Assembly: GCF_002571385.2 (NCBI RefSeq)
Contig: NW_019217997.1
Coordinates: 321,567-385,566 of the forward strand
Length of the DNA: 64,000 bases
From: Stylophora pistillata
Lineage: Eukaryota
Direction of reading: 5' to 3'
Positions 14,901 to 24,798 of the stretch are shown here, one piece after another. The notes beneath the pieces are model-generated. The model saw only the letters and a list, made by a program, of their open reading frames with translations. It had not been told where the DNA came from and did no database searches. The position numbers and the translations under genes are program-made. The number at the start of each line of letters is the position of its first letter. The first letter of the stretch is position 1.

Positions 14901-15779
14901 AGATGGTTTCAGGTGGTTTCAGGTGATTCCAACTTTTAGTAACTATGCCTTTGCTATTCATCTCCGAGCAACTTGCACAGAATTTACACCCAAAAATATT
15001 GTAATCTTGCAAGAACAAATGAGTTTAAATTGCACCATAAATTCTTATCTTGCAGTTTTAGTATACTCTCTACCTCAGTGTTGGTGGCTGGCATTGATTT
15101 TTGACAAAAATTCCACCACTAGCCACCTCAGTGAATAGCTGTGATGTATTCTCCACCAATAGCAGTGTAAACTACGGTAAGATATCTGCACAGCCTCATA
15201 CTATTATAAAACAAAGCCGTAATCCCAAAGGCAATCTACTGTTTTTCACCATTGTTTATTTTATCCGAGAATTGTATGTATAGTGAAGTATGTGGCTGTG
15301 CAGCAAACTTACCCTAATAATATATCAAAATGAATAAAGCTACTTTAAGAGGGGGCATTAATTTTTAACTTTCATCATTCAGATCACTTAGTAGCCCACT
15401 GGCTACCCAAACCTGCGTTACTCACCAGAGGCTCAATTCTGTTTCTTGGAATCACAGGATCATTGAATATTAGTACAATTACTGTTTAATCTAATGATAT
15501 TCTACACAGTATATCCACGAGTTAACCACAACGTCACTTTGACTGTAGCCTTATCCTTTATACTTACCATGATCTCATTTCCGTGCAAAATTGAAAATCC
15601 AAACTAATACGTAGTATGTATAAAGAAGCTGGCTGTAAAACTCAATATGGGAGTAAAAATACCTGAAATATCTCCGAGGAGCTTGGTTCATCGTCATCTA
15701 CTATTTTACAATGTAAAACAAACCCTTGTTCAAAAATATCTTCAAGAGACTGAGTCTTGAAACTTTGGCAGGCCGCCAT
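2911..15779 (-). CDS. IGBP1: Immunoglobulin-binding protein 1 (alpha4/TAP42 family PP2A regulator), 12 exons, ~331 aa
   Basis: GT-AG exons read by hand: 15663-15779, 10828-10940, 10279-10363, 9613-9666, 5882-6013, 5542-5598, 5165-5234, 4424-4494, 3917-3964, 3615-3718, 3183-3286, 2911-2951 (996 nt, frame-consistent). TAP42-family motifs: LFSSNEELSEVPTSELRYLLLPAFLG, RQEKIARYK, VFGAGYPSVPTMT, DWDEWKDDHRRGWGNR. Confidence 0.95.
6225..6845 (+). mobile_element. Degenerate tRNA-headed SINE interrupted by unrelated sequence (~6322-6560)
   Basis: B-box-like GAGGTCGAGGGTTCGAGCCCC at ~6274-6294, then a body (TTCTAGTCTTCTCGGATAAGGACG...) that I recognise as a common cnidarian SINE. Lies in IGBP1 intron 4. 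Confidence 0.55.
7230..9350 (+). mobile_element. Decayed Ginger/KRBA2-like integrase-type DNA transposon
   Basis: Imperfect TIRs TGTTACGGCTCAAATTT ... AAATTTGACCTGTAACA (TGT...ACA ends), with flanks TATA/TATG. ORF 7708-8127 has an integrase Zn-binding-type motif (EAHSAIAHRGRDKT...CKLH). It is followed by stop/frameshift-broken fragments (PVIKPL, HVEIDL, ATGKSP) with most of the rve core missing, then C-terminal ORF 8284-8592. Confidence 0.75.
9355..9497. mobile_element. MITE with ~45-bp terminal inverted repeats
   Basis: GAGGTTTTGCACAGCAGCCATGTTGGATGGCAGGAACAAT ... ATTGTTCCTGCCATCCAACATGGCTGCTGTGTAAAACCTC form an inverted pair. Confidence 0.8.
10590..10785 (+). mobile_element. 5'-truncated non-LTR retroelement 3' end with (ATTG)n tail
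   Basis: CpG-containing patch inside a CpG-poor intron, ending in AATAAGG plus ~6 ATTG repeats. The 5' boundary is approximate. Confidence 0.45.
11435..12641. mobile_element. Non-autonomous hAT-like element nested inside a TTAA-family MITE
   Basis: TIRs CAGGGGTTTCAATAA ... TTATTGAAAGCACTG. The host MITE halves lie at ~11277-11434 and 12642-12700, the latter ending GGGAGTTAAAGGGTTAA. Confidence 0.65.
13408..13744 (+). mobile_element. 3' end of a CR1/L2-group (Crack/Daphne-like) LINE
   Basis: RT C-terminal motif HNLRRNRPFEIPRWRTNRFKNTF, a 3' hairpin AATTCAGCCGCAAGGCTG, AATAAA and a (CTAT)n tail. Confidence 0.7.
14062..14947. mobile_element. TIR element with subterminal 10-bp tandem repeats, spanning an assembly gap
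   Basis: CATAGTTACTAAAAGTTGGAATCACCTGAAACC ... GGTTTCAGGTGATTCCAACTTTTAGTAACTATG are inverted termini. (GGTTTCAGRT)n lies at ~14800-14925 and an N-run at 14106-14620. Confidence 0.75.
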
Positions 15780-15942
15780 TCAAAACCCAATTCATCAACA
15801 AGGATAGATTATCTTGAATTACATGACATAAATTTCGTAAGAGGTTGACCCACTGATAACAAAGTGTGCGGTCTCATATCGTGTCCCACGGCATATGAAA
15901 ATTTACGAAATTTCCTGGAAAGTTTTCAAAAAATAGTAAATC
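15780..15942. promoter_or_regulatory. Compact bidirectional promoter shared by IGBP1 and FMC1
   Basis: The start codons point away from each other with only 163 bp between them. The region is a CpG-rich patch (~15600-16300) between CpG-depleted gene bodies. Confidence 0.75.
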
Positions 15943-17560
15943 ATGACGTTTCAACGGTTGCAGGTTCTTCGCGGAATACTGAGGGAGTTGCGATTTTTAT
16001 TGCCAATTAAGGTATATTGTTTTTAAAAAAGGAATGTTTTAAATGGGAAATCTGGAATAACCTTTTATTTTTCGCGCGAAAAGCGAGCTCCATCGTCCCA
16101 AAGGGCTACAAGCACTGTGCTCTCCCAATTGTCACACGTACTTGTACTCGAACGAGGGGGTAGCGTTTTGAGATGAAGATGGAGAGAAGAAGGGAGAAAT
16201 TCAGAAGAGATGTCAGGCCATGGGCCATGAAATTCAGCTGCTGTGTGCGTCTCGGCCCTTATATTCATTTCATGTGGTTCACTGGAAAAAAAAAAATCCC
16301 TACATTAGACTGAAAGCGTTTGGTCAGCTTCAAAATTACTCAACCAGTTTGATTTCACTGTTAAATTTCTCCCCCAGATTCATAGGATACATCCAACAAA
16401 TTCTGTAGTTATTTCAACACTCCTTGAAGATGTGATGGTGGCCCCCCCAAACCCCCCCCCCTCATTTTGCTTTCACTGAAGGTGGAGTATGAATCACTTC
16501 CCTTACCCCTACCCTGTGTTTTAGATATTCATCTTTGATGGAAATCAGACTTCTGCTATGGGGATGGGTTGGAGTTTAAGTTAAAGGGCCATATCAGAAA
16601 AATACTGAGACACTTGATATGTAAAAGTTAAAGTTTGTAACAGAAACCAAAACAATGACCACAACATCATTGATGGTGGGAATCTCTATTCACATAGGAA
16701 CCAGTTACTTCAAGTTTGGAAGGCCAGTATCTGATAACAGAATTTCATAATCATTCCCAGGCTGGAGAAACTTTAGCACACAAGCTGTACTCTGATTGTG
16801 TTTATTATCTTTGTTTGCTTAGAAGTCAAAGAATGGCTCAGGCGAGTTTTATCTCATTTTTACTACAAAGATGTAACAGTTGTAGTGTACATTTAAACTA
16901 CCTGGGTGGTTTTCTCCTTTGTTCTTGGTACATTGATAGGGATGGGGTACTGGGAGAGTGTTTTCCCCCCCCCCCCTAAGAAGATGACCTTCAGCTTTTT
17001 ATTAAAACTATGTAAAATTCAGCAGCAAAAAAAAAAGGAAAAAAACTCTGCTGTTTATTGGTATTGAAGTAAAACACGAGACAAGGTTGAGGCGTTTCTG
17101 CTAAATGCTGTGAAAATGTTGTTCACATTATGTTATTGCTGAGTCATAAGCCTTCTTCGTAGTTAGCTTTTACAGTTTGGTTACATTACCCATTACTTAC
17201 ATCATTGCATAGGCAGCTATGTGTTGCACCCCCTCCTTAGAAAACTCCTGGATTCAGCCCGATTTAGCCCAGTCCTTAACCATGGGAAAGTACAAGCCAA
17301 ACTAGTTTGAAATCACTTCGACTTGAAATCATATTGACCTGAAATCACTGTAGAGATGGGGTCCTTTAGTAGAATTTGACTGTATACATTCATTTTGTGA
17401 CAAATAATTAACTGGTGGTTGTTGTTCTTATATGTCATAGATGCTTCAGGAAAAGTACAAGGGGGTGGGCGAGAGGCCAGTGGAAGAAGTGGCTAGCTTA
17501 GTGGGTTTTAAGCTTCCAAAGCAATATCAAGAAACTTCAAATAATTCAAATGAAAATTGA
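15943..17560 (+). CDS. FMC1: Protein FMC1 homolog (mitochondrial ATP synthase assembly factor), 3 exons, 110 aa
   Basis: Exons 15943-16011, 16698-16841 (GC donor, CAG|GCGAGT) and 17441-17560. The product LRGILRELRFL...YLCLLRSQR...KYKGVGERPVEEVASLVGFKLP matches FMC1/C7orf55 motifs as I recall them. Confidence 0.9.
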
Positions 17561-19576
17561 TTTTATTGGTTTGCACATGGCAAGGATTCAAAACAAAAAA
17601 GTGCTGGTTTGATAGGAGTGCAGACCACATACACACTGGTGCTGTACAGGTAAGAGTGGAGATGGTCTCAATTTAAGGAAAAGAGGATTGTCTATAGCTT
17701 GTGGAAGCTGTTGGTGAAAGTAACAATTCTTTGCATAATGAAAATCACTGTGACACTGCAGCTGAAAAATTGAAAACATCTGGGCCAGTTACCATAAAGA
17801 ACTCTAACTTCTATACCACTTGGTGTCCAAACTCTCAAGAGGGTCTGCATTGTATAGTACAAGTATGCTCCAAAAAATCAAGCAACTTTTGTGTCCCCAA
17901 TTGAAAAGTATAATTACATGACATTATTAAAGTGGCCTCATTCTTAGATATTTCAAAACTTGTCTCCACTTTTGCTAAATGTTGGACTTTCCATGCCATG
18001 TGTGGTATCTTCCTTGACAATTCATATCCCATAACACATTCCCACTCCTTCCTTGCCCATCCTTTGGTAATCTGTTTGAACAATAGGGAGGCACATATTA
18101 CTGTACATGATGAAATGATCCATTATCTGATAACCTGAGTAGCTGCGGTTTGTGAAATAAGACATTGTCTCCCATTTTTCAAATTAAGGATGTCCATCTT
18201 CAAAAAATTCTCGCCACCTTACAAGACAATTTTGGAACAGGCAGGTAACCTACATGTAGCCGTAGTACCCTTCCCCCCCTTCCGTTTCTCCTAGTGGAGA
18301 AGGTACAACTACACATAGGCTAACAGGTAGGCTAGTCTTTGGGATCTCAAATGTGGTATGTAGTAATTATCCAAGTATGCTTCTCTTATACACCAAGATA
18401 TATATCAGTTAGTTCTAGAACACACCTCTCCTTAACCTTTTTTGACTGATTAAAGTAATTTAGTGGAAATTGGCCTCAGAAGTGTAATCACACATTATTT
18501 TGAAATGGTGTATTTGAGCTTCCAGTCTAATGGTCTTCAGAATTTAGGTCCAAAAGTTCCAGTTTTGAATAATCATCCAGAAATCCTTTGTGAAATAAAT
18601 ATAAACCCCGGATACTCTTTTTTCCAAAATAAGATTTTGGTAACTCTGAGCACTCTCATTCACACATATTTAAGTTGGGTTAGAAGCTTTATTGTGACTC
18701 AAGCTTTCTTAGCATTACAAAGAGCATACCTCTGTGTCATAACAATAATTATTATAATTGCATATAAGGCACATTGTAATCAACCACTGCAATAAAAAGG
18801 AAATACATGGACATTTTGTTAATTATTACCTCTTATCAATACCTGGCTGGAAAACTATTAGAATTCAATTTTGCTTACCAAGATTTAAATTCTGGTTTAG
18901 AATAATTACTGCTGCAGCTCACTTTTTGGCTAGCAACCCATTTCGTGCTTATAATAACCAATCTCATCCTGATCAGCAAACCCACGTTACTCAATGCCAC
19001 ACAAAATCAGGTAAGAATTACAATACAATTCTTGCTTATCTCTAAAACATTAATTCCATTCATAAAAAAATTCATTTTAATTGATTCTCTACACAGGCAT
19101 CCAAATTGCAACTTTTCAAATGGCATCAAAATAAGCTACCAGCACTTATTTCAATATTTCTGTTCTACTTGTGGAAGCACTTGTTAACAAAGAATCACAA
19201 GTGAAATGAAAACTTCACAACATAATTTAGTACCAGCTACTTTACAACTTGTCACAATAGCTAATTAAGAGCTGAGTGGTTCTATCATATTTTCACTTTC
19301 TTCGAAGTGCAATAGAACCTGCCATGTGGGAACATCTTGAGACTAGAAAAAGTGACAGGTACACAGCTTAAAAAGGCACAATAAAATACATGAATTTAAA
19401 AAGGAACGTAAAAGGCAATGTAATGGTTAAATTCCTCTAACTAGATATTGAATATTAAATCTACACGTACATAATCATGGAGTGAAATGAATGGCTTTTA
19501 AATTATACCTATATGCCTGATGAAGACTTCTCGTGGATTGCATGCATCTACAAACATACACTAAATGTAAATGCAA

Positions 19577-19772
19577 TAATTTGGATTATCAACAAAGTTG
19601 AAATGGTAAATTGGCCACCGTAACGATTACAACGCTCCGACAAAGGGCTAACACTCAAAACGTCAGCTTTTGTAATCGTTATGGTGGCCAATTTACCATT
19701 TCAACTTTGTTGATATATCGAAATTATTTCGTTACCCCCACCGATGCAGCCCCAAACAGTTTCTTTAGAAAC
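19577..19772 (+). mobile_element. Penelope-like element terminal fragment with an inverted duplication and a degenerate minimal hammerhead
   Basis: ~19577-19632 is the inverted copy of ~19670-19727. The spacer CTCCGACAAAGGGCTAACACTCAAAACGTCAGC is a mutated PLE hammerhead. Same family as the copies at 28.4 and 30.0 kb. Confidence 0.7.
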
Positions 19773-20232
19773 ACCAAATTAATTAAAAATAGCCAATTGG
19801 AATAAACAAGACAGATCCAAAGATAATTCAAAGTTCCCATAAGATGGACACCTACTAGTCAAGTTCTACTTCAGAGATATGAAGCTGTACATGTTTAGAG
19901 CAAGATATGCATCATTTGTGTCACAGCACAAGCTCAACACTTTCTCCTAAAAACTTTGTCAGGAAACAAATATGGTGTAAAAAATCAAGGAATTAATTAA
20001 ATCAAACTACTTTCTACCCAAATGCTTCAAATATCAAGAACAGACATTCATTTAAGGGACATAAGCAAACTTGTTTTCTATCTACAGCTTCTAAAACAAC
20101 AAACACCTAGGTTCCATGCAGAGGATTGTCATCAAGTAACTCACTGACTGGTGTGTTTGCACTGCACCCTATCATGAAAACCATCAGACTTGTCAGAATT
20201 AACTGTTTTAAGTCAAGAACTGAGTGTCTCAT

Positions 20233-23200
20233 TCAACCTTGAGATTCTGTCAAAGGGACATTAGAGACTGTCTCAAATGTTGCTACTCCATTACTGATTA
20301 GTGCTGGTTCAATGAGCTGTGTGTTTTCTGGTGCAGTGTTCCGCGTTCCAGGAACTGAATGAACAATACTATCGTCATGCACTTGAGCAAAGCTCACATC
20401 TGTAGCTGAAACTGATGGGCGCGAGCTTTTCACTGGGCTTCCCTCAGAAGTCAAACACACCAAGGCTTTTACCCGGTCTTCCGTGAAAGAGAACTGGCCA
20501 ACTGGCATGTTGGCAAAATCTAGTTTACTTGGTTCTTTCTCTGAGCTCTGGTCCTCCTGTTTCTTAGCATCAAGCTCTGCTTTGAGTGAGAGATTAGGGC
20601 GACCTTTTCCAGAGGCCATTCGCTTCATCATTTGTTTTCGGTTGCAGAACCAGACTCTAACTGTAACTGGCTCAAGGCCCAACTTAGAGGAAATATCACC
20701 AATTTCTGCACTGCTAGGCTTTGGATTCTGTTCAAATGCATGAATCAAATACTGTAGAGTTTCATTTGAGAAAGAAGTTCTTCTTTTGCGCTTTTTGCAC
20801 ATTCTCAAACCTTTAGCACACTCCTGTTCTTTTTGCTCAATCCAGCCCTGCAAAACTGGCTTCATTTTTTCTGCAGCCTTAAGACCAAGGTTTTTAGATT
20901 CAAATCGGGAAATAAATGACTGACTGTAAGAGGAATGTCCATTGCTGTGAGATAGCTCATTACCCACATCCTCCTGTGTGTATCCCAGTGCAATCCGTCG
21001 TGCCCGGAAGGACTCAATGAAGGCCTTCATGTCAGCTGTTAAACAACTATCCGATAATGTGCCAAAGATCTGTGTGGAGGAATTTGGTGAATCTGACACC
21101 TCAACAGATGTCTGACTCATTTCTTGTGAAGGGGATGGTTCCTGAGCTTTCACCACTTGAATTTGTGAAACAACTGATGGTGGGAGAGTTAGTGAGGTGG
21201 TTGGAATGGTGTAAGTTGAGAACCCAGAAATTACACCTCCATTTTGAGAAACAGGAAGAGCTTGTATCTGGCTTGTAATAAAGTGTCCCACCTGTGCAAA
21301 AATAGAAACACTAAGTTTCAAAACTGATAACTAATAGGCACACAAAATACAGATTTCATTCCATTTGTTTGTTAAAAAAAAAAAGGTTTCAAATCAGTTT
21401 CATTTTGTATTTCATTTCAGTGTTCTAGCAGATAAGACAACTTCAAATGATTTGTCAAATAAAATTGGAATTCAAACTACACATACACTATTATCCTTTT
21501 ACTCATAATTTGGGAAGCAGCACCAGCTTGCGAGTGAAATGGCTGGGAAGCTTAACCCTTCAACTCCCATGAGTGACCAAGACAGAATTTCCCCTTACAA
21601 TATCAGTCAAAAACCAAGCAGACAAGTGATGAGAAAGTAGAAAATTATCTATTAGAGGATTAGTGGATCCATTACAAAATTCTCCAAACTCACATTATAT
21701 GAATTGTATGGGTGATGGATGGTAAGGAGATTTACTAATGAGAGTGAAAGTGTTGACAGGATTCATCCACAATGAAAGTTTGAGTTTTTTACTCCAATTA
21801 GATCATTCTCATTGATGTGTTTGAATTTTCATAAATCTTGTAACCAAAAAAACAAGAGTATTCTAGCAAAAGTAGAGTTGAATACACCCATTTTCAAAAA
21901 CATTGACACCTCAAAAGCTTGATCCATGAACAATTGGACCCCGTGGTTTTGTGGGAAATGTACACACTGGTTTATAATCAGTGACTCTTTTCTTATTATT
22001 CATGGAAAATCGATTCCAATAATAGTGCTTTTCTTTGGGAAAAATTGGATAGCTTCTACCATTCACCATGTGTAACCAATGGTGTATTTTGTATTTGTAT
22101 TTACGAATATTTATACAGGGTAGCCCAGTTTAGCAAATAGCTAGTTTAAATGGGGCCCTGTGAAACAATAACACCCACCCATCCCACCCCAGGGGAGGAC
22201 ATCCATCACCCAGTAATCTCATGCGTGGGAAATTAATGTCTCCTAACCCTGCAGGGTGCATGTACATCTGACCAATAAATTTGAAGGGAATCATCGTTCA
22301 TTGTAAAATAATGCTTTTTAGGTGTAAACATTTTTGCAATCAAGTGTATATTGTTGTATGGTGACTTGTCACATATACTTACCTGCATACCAGACTGAAT
22401 TGACTGGTTGGTATTCTGACAAAGTTGTTCAGAGCCAAGAACTGACGTTGTGTTACCTATATCAGTAATAGATGGTGCATTGCCACAGGTAAGAGTAAGT
22501 ATTTAAAACACAGGTCTAACATTACTCAGAGCTAAAAACCACCTAAAGTATTTTCCTTTTTAGAGGATTTCCATTTATAACTCTATTGGTCTTTACTTAA
22601 GGGGTTGTCCTGTTTAACTATTGATCATCATTAGTATTATTGTCATTATTTTTGTCCTCATTATTACAAGCATTATTTTTACAGTTATAGTTACTGTTGG
22701 TACCCTGGGTTAAAAAGTTACAAAAAAAACTTTATTAATCAACAACCACAGCATACTAGAGCAACATTTGAAAAGCTGATGTTTCAACCATTGGCCCATG
22801 CTTATAGTTCAAGACATTAACTGCAGGTTATAAACCAAATGAGTGGCCAGTTAAAGAGAAAAAATTGTGCCATAAATTCAAAACTTTGCATTGGTGTTTT
22901 TTCTAAATTGCTATCCAAGAAAATTACAAGGATAATAAAATTAACTAACAATTCTTGAACTACAATATATTTACCCCTGACTTTTTCCACAACTTTTCTC
23001 AAATTATCTCATTTTCACTCATTATACTTATTACAATTAACTGTTAGTTAAATTGATGTGTTTCTAGACATAAAATATTAAGTTAAACAGGGTATCCACT
23101 AATAGTAATCCTACATCTACAATGATGACCTTTTTTAACATGAAATCATTAATAAAATTTTGAAAATATAGACAGTATTTGAAAGAGATAGTGCATTCAC

Positions 23201-23717
23201 AGAGACAAGTTGTAATTTCAAAATCCTCAGTGCTTGTAGCAACCAATAAATGTAATTTGAGTTTGTTTGCTGTGGCTGTTTAAAAGGAAACAGTGCAAGG
23301 CAACACTACTAATAGTCATGAAAAAATAATAACACCACACAAAGAAAGACTCCTTTCACTGATTCAGTAAATTTCATTGTTTTTATTGAAAGCACTCCCT
23401 CCAAGTATCTTGGCTACATGTCACTAACCTTCTTCAACATTTTAATTTCAAAACAGACAATAACTACATTTCTATGCATGTTGGGAGCCTTTGATGGTCA
23501 TAAGTAAGATAAACTCTACATCAATATTACAGTGATAAAAATAACTAAACTACACTAGCAAAATTGGAAAAGGGGAACGGAGCTACCAACTTCAGGTTCA
23601 ACATTAACTTTTGTCTTTTCTTTGGAAAGTACTTGACAATTATATGCATCGCAATGAGTGCTTACCATCTATGGACACTTGTAACTCAGAACTAACTGGC
23701 CAAGTTGGAATATGCAT
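20233..23717 (-). CDS. POU-domain transcription factor, class VI (POU6)-like but divergent, ~394 aa
   Basis: The main exon 20233-21291 encodes a POU-specific domain (FRARRIALGYTQEDVG...YSQSFISRFE...KAAEKMKPVLQGW) and a POU homeodomain (KKRKRRTSFS...VRVWFCNRKQ). Inferred upstream exons 22383-22456 and 23666-23717 join in frame; the 5' exons are less certain. Confidence 0.85.
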
Positions 23718-24798
23718 TAAGTGTATAAAAGCATTAATCAGAAGTGACAGACCAAATTAGTCATTTATGGCTTGTGTAATAAGATAATTATGTATATTAG
23801 CAGGGTTTGTTTTACAAGCTGGCGGTCTGTCAGCTTTGTAGGTTACCCTGCCTCTTTCTCAGAGAGGTAGGCCAGCTGGATATTAATTAAAAAATTAAGC
23901 TAGGAATAAAGAAAATAAAGAGAAGTTATTTTTTAGCATTGATTTCCATCTACAAAACTTAAGGAAGACTTCCAATGAGGACATAGCTGCATTTTCTTAG
24001 TGCCCAATCCAGCCAGTCAGTTTTAAGTAAAGGCAAGTGCCATAACTAAGTTACTGTAGATAAATCAGGCTGCTGTTCACGAATACTAAATAGTCTTCCC
24101 ACTGTTAATTCAATGAGTAAAAGGTGTTAGTAGATAAACATCAAGTTATGCCTTCTTGGGGGGGCTGCATCAGAATACCCTCACAACAAAAATTTCAAGC
24201 CAAACTAAGCATGACATGGTACAGGGGTAAACCTAACAATTACACTTAAAAGTTAATTTTAAGTAGAGATAGTTTTTGAGGTTATAGGTTATTACAAACA
24301 AATAACTCTGGTGTACATAAGTAGAGCAAGTTTTCAATTGAGTATCAAGAGTAGTCTGGGATTACATAGTTTTTGTTACTTCGCTCTGTGATTTGTCCAC
24401 ACAATTTGCACCATGCTCTAAACCATTCAGATGCAAAACTTAACCAGTTGCAACTCTGATCACCACCATTTTCCAATACTTCAGGTAGTTTGCTTGTTTT
24501 TAGTTTGAGTACTCAGTGAACCTTTGGGGTGTTTTTCTTTCTTCTCATTAGCTGTTGTAATTACTTTCAGATTTTTGGTTTTATGACACTCAGTTGAATT
24601 GCCCTGTATGTAGACACTGGTTATAAACTCACCTTGGCAACATGTAAATATAAAAATGTTCCGTGTTTTAATAAATTCATTGAAAAGTTGGCAGAGAAAG
24701 TGCAGTTTATAATAAGGTACGAAATTATTTTTTACCAGGTTTTAATATTCAAAGTTGCCACAAAGTTACTGGATATATGATGGTATATAACAAAAATC

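Noticed and set aside
14809-15138. ORF with repeated VSDGFRWFQ
   Set aside because: It is a translation of the 10-bp subterminal tandem repeat of a TIR element.
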